This document shows, piece after piece, positions 46,401 to 55,626 of a stretch of DNA of 64,000 nucleotides. The position numbers and the translations under genes are program-made. Location of the stretch: NCBI GenBank assembly GCA_025450105.1, contig JANWIA010000022.1:5630-69629 (forward strand), in the 5' to 3' direction. This stretch comes from Candidatus Doudnabacteria bacterium (lineage in GTDB: Bacteria; Patescibacteriota; Doudnabacteria; UBA920; O2-02-FULL-48-8). Positions within the stretch are counted from its first letter, which is position 1; the number at the start of each line of letters is the position of its first letter. The notes beneath the pieces were generated by a model. It saw nothing but the letters and a program-made list of their open reading frames with translations. It had not been told where the DNA came from and ran no database searches.

Positions 46401-48985
46401 CCAACAGTAAACGAAAAACTTCCCTGCGCCGCCACGGCAGAAGTATAATCAACCACGACTGACGAAAAATCACTCGTGTCGTCGATTTGAATCCTAAAGC
46501 CGACAGTATCCGAACCATCTGGATCACTTAAACTGAAAGTCAGAGTTGGAGTGTTGTCATTCCCCCATGATCCATTGACGTATGAAGCAGGACCCAAAGA
46601 TCCCGGCGCGTCCGGATTAGTGTTACAACCGATAAAGGTCCAAGCGTTATTGGAAGTGTTAGTCGAACTTTTGGCAGTGATGGTGCCAGCCTGGTCTGTG
46701 GCTGCCACGTCTGTGATGGTTGTGGTCCCGGATCCGGACCAGGTGCGCTGCGTTGGGCTGGAAGAAGATGAAATTGCAATCGCATCGGCGCCGCCGCAAC
46801 CAACGCCGGAACCGTCCAAAGTAATTGTGCCGGAATTGCCGACGTCGCCAGCCAAAGAAATATCCCCCGTCCCGGTATTGCTCCAGGTGCCGCTCGATCC
46901 AATTGTGGTCGCACCTCCAGTGGTCAAATTAAAAGTTGCGCCCTGGTCAAAAGTTCCGGATGCGACTTCAAATGTCCCGCCCAAAACCAAAGCTGTGGCC
47001 TGCGTTAAACTGCTGCCCACGGTTTTATTGACCTTGAGCTTGGCCGAAAATGTTCCGGCCGTTTGGGTGATGGTCTTGTTGCTGCCGCCGGTAAATTCAA
47101 ATGTTAAATTGGACCCGCCCATGGTATTGGTTGAAGCCATGGAAAAATTTCCACCGATAAACCATGTCTTGGCTGAACCAGGGTTAGTGACCGTTCCCAA
47201 AGTTCTGGTGAAATCTCCGGTCACAGTGCAGTCAGCGGCCAAGCCAAGCTCTCCGGCCAAGTTGGTTTTGTTCAATACGACCGAACCCAGTGTGGCTGTA
47301 CCGCAAGTCAATGATGTATCTTCTGTGACTCCATCAAACGTAAAGGCAATTCCATTTGGCAGCAGGTTGCCAGTGTTATCCAGGTTGTTGCGAACACTCA
47401 TAGTAGTAATCCCGGCCGGGAACGACCCGCCGGACAATGTCATGCTTCCATTCATGTCTATTGTCGTGCCGGACATTGTCACAACCGATCCGGTGTTCAT
47501 TGTATAATTCGCATTTATGGTCCAGGTTCCAGTACCGACAGTTATGGTGCCATTGTTGGTAATGCTGGTCGAGCTAGACGTTGGACTGTTCCCAAGCGGC
47601 AAAGTACAGGTCGAACCGATGGTTAATCCCGTAGATGATAAAGACTGGCTAATTGCAGCAGATGCAAAAGTAACCGTACCGCAAGACAACGTACTCGATG
47701 TGCCAGCGCCAGCATCCAGGGTTAATGCAATTCCGTTCGGTAAAAGATTTGCGGTGTTTGTTAGACTCCCGGTTAAACTTAATGTTGCCAGTCCGGCCGG
47801 AAACACCCCGTCAGTTAAAGTCAGGCTACCATTTACATCCATGACTGTTCCACCCATGGTTAAGGTCGATCCGGTATTTTGGGTATAGCTCGCGTTTACT
47901 GTCCAAGTGCCAGTGCCGACGTTGATTGTGCCGTTATTTACAATTGAAAGCGAACTCGATGTCGGGCTGTTTCCAAGTGGCAAAGTACAGTTCGAACCAA
48001 CTGTTAATCCAGTCGCAGACAAACTTTGGCTGATGACCACTGATGCAAAGGTTGCGGTGCCGCAAGAAAGCGTGCTGGTTGCACCTGCGCCACTGTCGAT
48101 GGTCAGAGCAATGTCGTTTGGCAAAAGATTGGCCGTGTTAGTCAAGCTTCCAGTCAGGGTCATTGTCGTGATTCCGGCTGGGAATGATCCGCCGGATAAG
48201 GTCAAACTACCGTTCATATCCAAAGTTGTGCCGCCCATGGTCAAGGTCGATCCACCATTTTGCGTGTAACCCCCGGTAATTGTAAAAGTTCCAGTGCCGA
48301 CGTTGATAGTTCCATTGTTGGTAATAAACCCTTGAGCCGTGGCGCTGTTTCCGAGTGGCAGAGTACAAGCCGAACCGATAGTCGTGGTCGCAACTGTTAG
48401 TGATCCGGTGATGGTCACGGCATTAAACGTCGCGCTATTACAGGCTATGGATTGGTTAACGCCATTGCCGGTATCAAAAAGGACAGTTCCACCATTTGCA
48501 TTGAAGGTTGGACTGCCGCTGATTGTAAAATTATTGTTGATGGAAAAAGTTCCTGAGGTTGAAGTAAAAATTCCACCCGTAAGACTGAAGGTTCCATTAA
48601 GGTCGATGGTTTGTGTAGCGCCGGTAAACGTTCCTGTTGATTGTGAGTAACCAGAAGAACCAATCGTCAAGCTCCGCGCCTGTGTAATTGTCCCGCTATA
48701 ACCAGTACTTATTGTTAATCCGCCGACCGAACCAGCAAACGACCCATCGATGCTGGCATTTGTTGTGGATGTGCTATCAAAAAATGCAATGTCTGAACCA
48801 GTGGGACAAGTATCCGCGCTCCAATTAGCACAAGTACTCCACAGGCCGTCAGTACTGTCGTTGTCCCATGTTCTTGTTGCTGCCCGCGCAGGCCGATCTA
48901 TAATCAAAACGATCACGACCAAAAGAAAAAGCGCTACAGCTAGCGTAATTTTTTTAAAAATTGCTTTTGAGTGGGCTGCTTTCAC
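43448..48985 (-). CDS. Giant (about 1845 aa) cell-surface protein: N-terminal TM/signal, Gly/Thr-rich roughly 130-aa tandem beta-repeats, poly-Pro linkers, peptidoglycan-binding-like domain, C-terminal polytopic membrane anchor with Ig-like modules
   Basis: Repeats TGTFTITGGYTQNGGSTLTMGGT...; PG_binding-like YLQRFLNDNGF...DAVRRFQ; C-terminal hydrophobic helices. Confidence 0.75.
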   Translation of the reverse strand: MKAAHSKAIFKKITLAVALFLLVVIVLIIDRPARAATRTWDNDSTDGLWSTCANWSADTCPTGSDIAFFDSTSTTNASIDGSFAGSVGGLTISTGYSGTITQARSLTIGSSGYSQSTGTFTGATQTIDLNGTFSLTGGIFTSTSGTFSINNNFTISGSPTFNANGGTVLFDTGNGVNQSIACNSATFNAVTITGSLTVATTTIGSACTLPLGNSATAQGFITNNGTINVGTGTFTITGGYTQNGGSTLTMGGTTLDMNGSLTLSGGSFPAGITTMTLTGSLTNTANLLPNDIALTIDSGAGATSTLSCGTATFASVVISQSLSATGLTVGSNCTLPLGNSPTSSSLSIVNNGTINVGTGTWTVNASYTQNTGSTLTMGGTVMDVNGSLTLTDGVFPAGLATLSLTGSLTNTANLLPNGIALTLDAGAGTSSTLSCGTVTFASAAISQSLSSTGLTIGSTCTLPLGNSPTSSSTSITNNGTITVGTGTWTINANYTMNTGSVVTMSGTTIDMNGSMTLSGGSFPAGITTMSVRNNLDNTGNLLPNGIAFTFDGVTEDTSLTCGTATLGSVVLNKTNLAGELGLAADCTVTGDFTRTLGTVTNPGSAKTWFIGGNFSMASTNTMGGSNLTFEFTGGSNKTITQTAGTFSAKLKVNKTVGSSLTQATALVLGGTFEVASGTFDQGATFNLTTGGATTIGSSGTWSNTGTGDISLAGDVGNSGTITLDGSGVGCGGADAIAISSSSSPTQRTWSGSGTTTITDVAATDQAGTITAKSSTNTSNNAWTFIGCNTNPDAPGSLGPASYVNGSWGNDNTPTLTFSLSDPDGSDTVGFRIQIDDTSDFSSVVVDYTSAVAAQGSFSFTVGQAAGGGSYTTGSGGQTLADSSGYYWQVKAIDNSAAESSYSTANSGAIAFKVDTAAPTAGTVSTGTITTSSITATVAGASDALSGLAAAPYNIQNSTAATSSGAQAGTSWASNGLSVNVQYTFFVTVTDLAGNTANSANSSAYTLANPPSALILTVDSSSQITATWNVNSNPAGTAFFAANTTASTDSGWVADGVSWMSTSLSPSTLYNFSVKARNGDGTETSAVTDSATTSAAADGGGGGNNNNGMQEPNGGFRVTINSGDTTTNSRNVTLTLSGGPDANYIRISDHSLLSPYEQMDYEETISWDICEFTSTCEPGTYTVYVRFYKNINSSSQVVSDTIVLTAAETPPPPPPPPVVIPPPPPAEPDCVSYPPIQLRPPEISFSENISHRQTHPQVVYLQRFLNDNGFMVALSGAGSPGHEVEYYGDNTRDAVRRFQTAYADLIGNNGKSGNLVTPTRAFINSLYVSPPVICDHDPVIIPPGNDDPIGHVDENGTNGGTVITGWAVDPNDPDAPVTIEIYFEDPTSPDSDPIVIVADDPRPDVNDVTGYPDDHGFSVVIPPGAVEGTYTVFVYANDTDEEQAVLLDNSSSGGPSRFDTETNEPLPDPPPPPPVTPPGPSDPETPSITPPPPPIDRPNGGGSVDTDDEGSGGAFDFTQGFVPDQVQESTQEILEMVPGGTMSLRFITFLLLITPLITTGSALIDLLSGLNSVNYFKYWILALMEALGLRRKRNPWGVVFDSKTLQPIPHAHVNVLNERLKILESTIAGPDGRYAFLISPRGLAGSEQKIQFFAEHPKYKFPTQKTFADMANMPFGDIYLGGMITVNPQQSSNLDLPMDPIAKTRTSPRALFRKALITFSNFSFWAAFPLTVAGYIAQPDVISFGLIVLFVFIAIARLLKIRPKPFGIIRNSATGLPMALAPIYLTDLANNRVTFAVSDFRGRYFMMVPKGKYYLHASTSGDVPQPRHLQKELTTGNGWVSQDLKV
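47130..48650. repeat. Diverged tandem coding repeats (about 390-nt period, 3.5 or more copies, roughly 75% identity) inside the giant surface-protein gene
   Basis: Antisense ORF translations at 47517 and 47907 are near-identical; direct nucleotide comparison of consecutive 390-nt blocks. Confidence 0.7.
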
Positions 48986-49105
48986 AAAAAACTTATCCTA
49001 GCTTTGTAATTTTATCCCTCAATAATTTTATTTCAATAATTTTTAATAATTTTATAGTAAAACTATACCATATTTCGAGAGTTTTTTCAATTTCTCTCAA
49101 AAATA

Positions 49106-49134
49106 AAAAACACTCCCGCTTGGGAGTATTTTTT
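49106..49134 (-). terminator. Intrinsic terminator after the DEAD-box helicase gene
   Basis: actccc/gggagt stem plus T-run on the minus strand. Confidence 0.5.
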
Positions 49135-50464
49135 ATTTCGGTCGGGTCATAAAGTAACCGCCGCCGTCTGTACCGCCGGAAGGACGGGATCGACGTGGAA
49201 AGCGTCTGGAATCTTCAAACCTTGGCTTACGGCCACCGGGTTTAAATTTGCTGCGGGGAAATCCTCCGCGTGACGGAAATTCTCGTCGCGGACGATGTCC
49301 TCTTGGTTCAGAACTTGAACTGGAAGTTGAAACGTCATTGGCTAATGGATGTTTTGGTTTGGCCAATGTCTGCTTAATCATTCTTTCGATTGAAAAAACA
49401 TCGCGGCGTTGATCCGGTGTGGCCAAAGTGATTGCGCGGCCAACCATTCCGGCACGGCCAGTGCGGCCAATGCGATGGACATAGTCATCAGCAGTTGCTG
49501 GCAAATCGTAGTTGATAACTAACTCGATTCCCTTAACGTCGATGCCACGGGCGGCAATGTCGGTTGCAACTAAAACTCGGTAGCGCCCGATTTTAAACCC
49601 ATCCAAAGCTTCACGTCGCTGACCTTGTGATCGGTTGGAATGAATTTCGGAAGAAGTGATTTTTAAATTTCGCAAATAACGGGCAACGTCACGGGCCTTA
49701 TATTTGGTTCTGGTAAAAACTAAAACACTGCCCTTGAATTCTTCCAGCAATGATTTAAGCAAATCGTCTTTTTTATTCTTATCAATGAAAAATAATTCTT
49801 GTGTCACGGTTTCAACAGTTGATCGTGGTGGTGCGACTTCTACCCGCAACGGCAAAGACATGTAGGAATTGGCCAGTGCAATAATTTCCTGTGGCATGGT
49901 TGCGGAAAACAATAAAGTTTGGCGTTTCGACGGAACCTTGGCAATAATTTTTCTAATCTGCGGCTCAAAACCCATATCGAGCATGTGGTCGGCTTCGTCC
50001 AAAACCAAAATGCCGACATTGGACAAGCTCAAATGGCTGTTTTCCAAATGATCATTGAGGCGGCCAGGGGTAGCCACGACGATATGCGGATTTTGGCGCA
50101 ACATCCGCAGTTGGTTGCGCATGGACTCGCCGCCAATCAAAACCGCAGTTTTTAATCCAAGACTGCCGCCGATTTTTTTGAGATTCTCATCTACTTGCAA
50201 CGCCAATTCGCGGGTCGGCAACAAGATCAAACCCTTTTTGCCTTTGTTGCGAACGAGATATTGAATCATTGGTACGCCAAAAGCCAGGGTCTTCCCGGTG
50301 CCGGTTTGGGCAATGCCCATTAAGTCTTTACCTTCAATGGCAATTGGAATGGATTTCAACTGAATCGGTGTTGGAACCTTAAAATTATTTTTGGCTAAAA
50401 TTTCCAAAAGCGTGGGAGCGATTCCCAAATTTCCAAAATTATTTTCTAATATTGTACTAGTCAT
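49133..50464 (-). CDS. DEAD-box ATP-dependent RNA helicase with RG-rich C-terminal tail
   Basis: Q motif, AQTGTGKT, DEAD, SAT, HRIGRTGRAG. Confidence 0.9.
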   Translation of the reverse strand: MTSTILENNFGNLGIAPTLLEILAKNNFKVPTPIQLKSIPIAIEGKDLMGIAQTGTGKTLAFGVPMIQYLVRNKGKKGLILLPTRELALQVDENLKKIGGSLGLKTAVLIGGESMRNQLRMLRQNPHIVVATPGRLNDHLENSHLSLSNVGILVLDEADHMLDMGFEPQIRKIIAKVPSKRQTLLFSATMPQEIIALANSYMSLPLRVEVAPPRSTVETVTQELFFIDKNKKDDLLKSLLEEFKGSVLVFTRTKYKARDVARYLRNLKITSSEIHSNRSQGQRREALDGFKIGRYRVLVATDIAARGIDVKGIELVINYDLPATADDYVHRIGRTGRAGMVGRAITLATPDQRRDVFSIERMIKQTLAKPKHPLANDVSTSSSSSEPRGHRPRREFPSRGGFPRSKFKPGGRKPRFEDSRRFPRRSRPSGGTDGGGYFMTRPK

Positions 50465-50596
50465 TAGTGAGTCTAAGAATGAGGCATTTAGTATACCGGA
50501 ATTTGCCGCTTAAGTCCAGCATGTGAGTACTTGAACTGGAAGCCCAGATGATTTAGAATATGGCAACGAGTTCTGTGACAAGCCCAAGGAGGGCGG

Positions 50597-50983
50597 ATGA
50601 AACTTCTCGCGTTTTTCCTGCTCTTCGTTCTGAGCTTCACTTACCTCCTGTTGATCCTCATGGGTCGGCACACAAAGAAAGACGGAACAAATCTGGACCT
50701 GCACAAGGGACTGGCCACGTTCACGTGGATAATTGCCAGTATCTATATCCTGGCACTAGAAGCCCACTTCGCGATCGCCGGTGTTGCACGCACACGTGAT
50801 GGATTGTTCTTCGTCCACCTCTACATCTTTGCATTCCCCTGGGTTGCAAGCTATCTGGCAATCCTCGCCTGGCTGACAGGTTCCGGAGGTCGCAAAAGAT
50901 TCCATAGGTTCGCGGCTTACGGCAACGCTGTACTTTACCTCGGCATGGCCGTCACTGGCGGCCTACTCATCTATAGGTGGTAA
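50597..50983 (+). CDS. Hypothetical 4-TM membrane protein (high-GC patch, AGGAGG SD)
   Basis: ORF plus SD plus hydrophobic profile. Confidence 0.4.
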   Translation: MKLLAFFLLFVLSFTYLLLILMGRHTKKDGTNLDLHKGLATFTWIIASIYILALEAHFAIAGVARTRDGLFFVHLYIFAFPWVASYLAILAWLTGSGGRKRFHRFAAYGNAVLYLGMAVTGGLLIYRW

Positions 50984-50986
50984 ACA

Positions 50987-51481
50987 ATGCCAACGTTTCT
51001 AGTAGAAATCTGCAATGGCGTCAGGATTGAAACCACTTCAGATCCGATCCAGTGTTGCCGATCCGATGCAATCATTACCACTATCGACCGGAATCAGAAC
51101 TGGAGCACGCAAACCGACCACGCGATTCAAATGGTCGCAGGATACGGATTCCACTGTAAGATTCGAAACAAACGGCAAAGCATGGTCGACCTCCAAGCCT
51201 ACCTTGCCGAAGCACCGGGTAACAACCGAACCTTCACCAATGTAATCTTCGTAGTCGACCTAATGACGTCACCACTTCAGAAGGTCATTTACGCCGGCTT
51301 GGGGAAGGCAGACCAGGCAAGACTCAAAGTAGTCACAATACCGCGGTTAAGGGCAGACAGCAAAAAGATGCCCTTGCAAACTAAGTCCGCGGTTGAATCT
51401 CAACTTTCGTCGGGCGCGCTGGAGTATCTCTCCAAGAACAAAAAAACGAACCTGACTTCTATCAAATTCGTTTTCGACTGA
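50987..51481 (+). CDS. Hypothetical protein (high-GC patch, coupled to upstream membrane protein)
   Basis: ORF; 4-nt spacing from previous stop. Confidence 0.4.
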   Translation: MPTFLVEICNGVRIETTSDPIQCCRSDAIITTIDRNQNWSTQTDHAIQMVAGYGFHCKIRNKRQSMVDLQAYLAEAPGNNRTFTNVIFVVDLMTSPLQKVIYAGLGKADQARLKVVTIPRLRADSKKMPLQTKSAVESQLSSGALEYLSKNKKTNLTSIKFVFD

Positions 51482-51521
51482 CTCTTATGGACCCTAGAGT
51501 ATAAACAAGGGTCCTTTTTAT

Positions 51522-51959
51522 TTAGAAAAGTTTTTTGCCAGATGCAGACCAGCGGTTGTACAGATAATATGCGACGTAAAGATAAAGTAGTCCGACAATA
51601 ATGAATAAGGTTCGGTTGGAAGAAATGGACATGCCGATGTTGCGGCCGAACAATCCGGTGATCCCCAGATTGATACCCGAGATAACCATGATTGCAAACG
51701 CCGCGACGTCAAACGGTTTTTTGCTGGCAAACAATTTACGATGCTGTGACCATTCATATAATAAGTAACCGGATGCCAAACCGGAAATGATCCAGGATAA
51801 AACCAAAAGGGTTCTGGTTAATCCGGACGGAAACGGACCATAAGCGACCAGCGGTGGGATTCCTCCTATGAACAATGCCAATGCGGCAATGACCAAACGG
51901 GCTTCCGACCACAAAAAACTGAACTTTTCGATTTTGTTTCGTTGCATATGATTGAACAT
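51522..51959 (-). CDS. Hypothetical 4-TM membrane protein
   Basis: ORF plus hydrophobic profile. Confidence 0.4.
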   Translation of the reverse strand: MFNHMQRNKIEKFSFLWSEARLVIAALALFIGGIPPLVAYGPFPSGLTRTLLVLSWIISGLASGYLLYEWSQHRKLFASKKPFDVAAFAIMVISGINLGITGLFGRNIGMSISSNRTLFIIVGLLYLYVAYYLYNRWSASGKKLF

Positions 51960-52040
51960 TAATGCTTGCGTTTATTATAGCAAGAATTATTGATTTCAGT
52001 ATTTTAAATGCTATAATCAAATCGAATTGATAACAATTAT

Positions 52041-52904
52041 ATGAACCAAAACGATCAAATTTACGAGGAAGCGTTTGCGAGAAACAAAGGACTGATTAGT
52101 GATGAGGACCAGCAAAAATTAAAAAATGCCCGCGTGGCAATTGCCGGACTGGGTGCGGTTGGAGGCAGTTATGTCACAACCATGGCCCGTTTGGGCGTTG
52201 GTAAAATAAATATTGCGGATCTGGATATTTTTGAACGGGTTAATCGCAACCGCCAGGCCGGCGCTTTTGAATCGACTATTGGCCAGCCAAAAACATCAGT
52301 TATGGAAAAAATGGCCAAGGACATTTATCCGGGAATGGATGTAAGGATTTTTGATAAAGGAATTACACCGGAGAATATTGATGAATTTTTGGACGGTGTG
52401 GATGTCGTTTTAGACGGAATAGATTTTTTTCAATTTGATGCCCGACAAATGCTTTATCGAAAAGCCCGCGAAAGAAACCTTGCCGTGGTTGGTTCCGCCC
52501 CGCTGGGATTTGGGTCGAGCACAATAACCTTTGGCCCATCAGGCATTAGCTTCGATGAGTATTTTGATATCACTGATAAGCTGACGCCGGAAGAAAAACT
52601 TTTAAAATTCGGAATGGGCATGGGTCCTTCCCTATTGCAGCGTAGTTATTACCCTGTTAAAGTCGTAAATTTCAAGGACCACGCCGCACCATCGTCAATT
52701 CTTTCAATTGTTCTTGCCGCCAACCTCACCGGCACGCAAGCATTTAAAATTTTAACCGGCAAAGAATACACAACCGCACCAACTACAATCCATTTTGACC
52801 CTTATGTCCAACAATTACGAACTGTTGTACTAAAAAAAGGAAACGGAAGCTTTATTCAACGCCTAAAATTCTGGTACGTTAAGAAATATTTACTTTCCAA
52901 ATAA
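52041..52904 (+). CDS. ThiF/MoeB/HesA family E1-like adenylyltransferase
   Basis: Rossmann motif AGLGAVGGSYVTTMARLGVGKINIADLD. Confidence 0.75.
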   Translation: MNQNDQIYEEAFARNKGLISDEDQQKLKNARVAIAGLGAVGGSYVTTMARLGVGKINIADLDIFERVNRNRQAGAFESTIGQPKTSVMEKMAKDIYPGMDVRIFDKGITPENIDEFLDGVDVVLDGIDFFQFDARQMLYRKARERNLAVVGSAPLGFGSSTITFGPSGISFDEYFDITDKLTPEEKLLKFGMGMGPSLLQRSYYPVKVVNFKDHAAPSSILSIVLAANLTGTQAFKILTGKEYTTAPTTIHFDPYVQQLRTVVLKKGNGSFIQRLKFWYVKKYLLSK

Positions 52905-52948
52905 GAAAGATTGACGCTAACTGCCACAAATGATATATTCAACGGCAG

Positions 52949-53668
52949 TTGGAAGGAGGGTATAGAAACATCATGCAAAAAACAGCAACCTGGACATACG
53001 CAATCACCTGCTACCTCTATCGTGGACTTTCAGTCCTTATAGGAAGGGCTCCAAGCATTCGCGGCAGAGAGAACATCCCTGCGGGCGGTTGCATTGTCGT
53101 TGCCAACCACCGCAGTATCATGGATCCATGGTGCATCTCCTGGTGTTTCACCATGAGCAACGGCATCAAGTGGATGGCAAAAATGGAATCGGTTGACCCC
53201 CGCGACTTTCAAAGACCGGGAGCCGGCTGGATCCGAAACTTCTTTCTGCTGATTGCAGGATGGTTTTCCGCCCAGATCGTCCGCGGATGTGACGTACTGC
53301 TCGTTGATCGCGAAGGTAAAGACCAGGCCCTTAATCTCAAATCGCTTGCTAGAGCCTCCAGGCTCTTGGAAAAGGGTGGGATTGTGGGGATCTTTCCCGA
53401 AGGCGGGATAGACAAAAAGAAGGCCGAAGGGTTCTTCGAAGGGTTTATCTCGTTAGCCAAACGAACTGAAATGCCGATCGTCCCGATCTACATCGACGGG
53501 AAACGAATCGTTATTGGCAAGCCAATCACTTTCGACCTCAAGTGCCACGAACTCAACAACCGGGCACGACTGGCTGCCGATGTCATGAGCCTCATCGATT
53601 CACTCCGAACCGAAGACAACGAGCGCATCAAGCAACTCGTCGCCTCTTTTGCTGGCGCCGGGTATTAA
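52949..53668 (+). CDS. PlsC-family lysophospholipid/lyso-lipid acyltransferase
   Basis: HxxxxD motif (NHRSIMD) and FPEGG block. Confidence 0.75.
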   Translation: MEGGYRNIMQKTATWTYAITCYLYRGLSVLIGRAPSIRGRENIPAGGCIVVANHRSIMDPWCISWCFTMSNGIKWMAKMESVDPRDFQRPGAGWIRNFFLLIAGWFSAQIVRGCDVLLVDREGKDQALNLKSLARASRLLEKGGIVGIFPEGGIDKKKAEGFFEGFISLAKRTEMPIVPIYIDGKRIVIGKPITFDLKCHELNNRARLAADVMSLIDSLRTEDNERIKQLVASFAGAGY

Positions 53669-53718
53669 CAAATCAGCGCAGTCCACTGTAACAAGGACTG
53701 CGCTGTATTCTTTCTACT

Positions 53719-54294
53719 ATGTATATTTTAAAATCTTCGACAATCAATAACCTTGATAAGCCTCAACAACATACGGCAGGACAAGGACTCGCTAAGTTAG
53801 CATGTGCCACACTTGCCCAAACGAAACCATCGGAAGTGCAACTTTTTTATACAACGACTGGCCAACCTCATGCCAAAGTTAAAGACCGGACTTATTCGAT
53901 TTCTATAGCTCATACCAAAAACTTAGTTGCTGCGTTAGCCGCAACATACTCGAAACGAATTGGACTGGATGTAGAATATCCCCGCTCGTTCTCAAATAAA
54001 ATCCTTGCAGCCTTTTTAAACCAACCAGAAATAAAAATATTACGAGAATTATTTCCAAAAAACAAAAAATTGCGCGAAACCCTTGCCTGGTCCTGTAAAG
54101 AAGCATATCTTAAAGCAGCAGGCTTAGGTTTAAGGCAGCATCCTCTAAGTCTCAACATACAAATAAAAAACAAGACAAAATCTAAAATTACCGGAAAAAT
54201 TTTGGATACAAAAAAAGGTCGGGAAGCATTTATCCAGGCCAAATTCACTTCTAAACAAATTATTGCAATTTCATATTATGACACTACCAAATAA
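53719..54294 (+). CDS. 4-prime-phosphopantetheinyl transferase superfamily protein
   Basis: GLDVEY (GxDxE) and WSCKEAYLKAAG (W..KEA..K) motifs. Confidence 0.65.
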   Translation: MYILKSSTINNLDKPQQHTAGQGLAKLACATLAQTKPSEVQLFYTTTGQPHAKVKDRTYSISIAHTKNLVAALAATYSKRIGLDVEYPRSFSNKILAAFLNQPEIKILRELFPKNKKLRETLAWSCKEAYLKAAGLGLRQHPLSLNIQIKNKTKSKITGKILDTKKGREAFIQAKFTSKQIIAISYYDTTK

Positions 54295-54535
54295 CCCCAA
54301 GGATTTTGTTTACAATTCAATTCACAAGGTTACCGGCAAACCAGTCGATTCGATCCAGCCTAACGACCTTCTGACCAGTTTAGTCACCGATTCCATTCAA
54401 CTGTTCGAATTAATTCTGGAACTGGAAAACGCTTTTGCAATTGAACCGGATTACGATGAACTGGTAAAAATTCAAACCGTTCAGCAGGCTGTAGAATTCG
54501 TGGAAAAAATCTACGTAACTCAACCTACTCAATAA
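54278..54535 (+). CDS. Acyl carrier protein-like (start at MTLPNN)
   Basis: Phosphopantetheine attachment-like LVTDSIQLFELILELENAF (DSI/DSL serine). Confidence 0.6.
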   Translation: MTLPNNPKDFVYNSIHKVTGKPVDSIQPNDLLTSLVTDSIQLFELILELENAFAIEPDYDELVKIQTVQQAVEFVEKIYVTQPTQ

Positions 54536-55574
54536 ATTTTGGCGACTTGCGAACAGATGGCGGGCGGATTTCCGTTTTAGCATATCCAAGACGGACAAAA
54601 AATGTTATGACTTCGTCCTTTACCCCGAGTAGTTTGTAAACATTGCCGGTCACACGGTTGATTATAGACGCCTCCCAATTTGTAATACTTTCCGGAGAAT
54701 TTCCTCGTAATCGAGAATACAAAAATAGCATGCTCGACATTGGTTGCAGAGAAATATCATAGTCGGTTGCAGCTAACCAGACCGACTGCAAGGCCCGTCC
54801 GGTTTCGACATAACTTTCCGCCCAATTATTATGGATGACAAAATAGCCCAACGCCGGGCTTTTTTCGTATATGTGTCGGCGCATCAGGTAACTTGTATAT
54901 TCCAATCCGAACAAACGGAAAAATTTTGTGATCTTCCAACTCTTTAATATCCGCAATAAAAACTTCATCATCGGATTTCTGGTGATCGACCTAATGTGCA
55001 TTCCGTCTTGGGTCCGTTTGAATTCGTCATCGGTCCACCGAATATTGTCGTAAAAATACTTGTGGAGTTCCTGGTTGTCCAAAATCATTTTATCCCCGAC
55101 CGCCAGAAGATCGACAAGTTTTTTAACAAGGCTTCGGCTCTGGATCATTTCGAACCGGACAAAAGGAGGGCGCTGTCCCGCTTCTTGTATTGCCTGGTTC
55201 GCCCGTGCATCAATCCGGTGCTTCAAAAACGGCATGCGGTCAGTAAAACGTTTTTTGATTGATCGGATTGATTCCGGATCAGTCTTCGGCGCATCAGTAA
55301 ATTCAATTCGCGAAATGTGCTTGTAGTCTTTGATATCGGGAAAAACCTTAACCTTCGATGCATAACCTTCCACTGCCGCCAGACGGACTATGTTTTCGAT
55401 CAGTGCCCCGTGGCTGATATAGGTCGCATGCTGCTTAAAATCATACAAGGATGGAGTGGAAGAATCGTAGATGTCCACATAATTTTCCCCTAAACGAAAA
55501 GTCCACGGTTGTTGGTTATCTCCCGAAGGCGCGAAGACGGCATCTGCTAAAATTTTTCTGAAAATTTCCTGCAT
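54525..55574 (-). CDS. Nitroreductase-superfamily flavoprotein (two-lobed, SagB-like length)
   Basis: AVFAPSGDNQQPW N-terminal nitroreductase signature. Confidence 0.5.
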   Translation of the reverse strand: MQEIFRKILADAVFAPSGDNQQPWTFRLGENYVDIYDSSTPSLYDFKQHATYISHGALIENIVRLAAVEGYASKVKVFPDIKDYKHISRIEFTDAPKTDPESIRSIKKRFTDRMPFLKHRIDARANQAIQEAGQRPPFVRFEMIQSRSLVKKLVDLLAVGDKMILDNQELHKYFYDNIRWTDDEFKRTQDGMHIRSITRNPMMKFLLRILKSWKITKFFRLFGLEYTSYLMRRHIYEKSPALGYFVIHNNWAESYVETGRALQSVWLAATDYDISLQPMSSMLFLYSRLRGNSPESITNWEASIINRVTGNVYKLLGVKDEVITFFVRLGYAKTEIRPPSVRKSPKFIE

Positions 55575-55626
55575 TGAGTAGGTGGGATTAGTGGTATAAT
55601 TATAACATTATTTTTAAATTGCTCTT

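Noticed and set aside
46551-48650. Plus-strand ORFs (46551-47507, 47517-47888, 47907-48269, 48339-48650) with near-identical translations
   Set aside because: They are antisense shadows of the tandem coding repeats inside the giant minus-strand surface-protein gene, not independent genes
47130-48650. Possible CRISPR array, suggested by the regular roughly 390-nt periodicity
   Set aside because: Period far too long, units are diverged and in-frame coding sequence with no short repeat/spacer architecture; no cas genes in the window
52041-52904. Assigning the ThiF-family protein to thiamine or molybdopterin biosynthesis
   Set aside because: No ThiS/MoaD, ThiG, MoaE-type partners nearby; context (PlsC, PPTase, ACP, nitroreductase) points elsewhere, so only the family call is made
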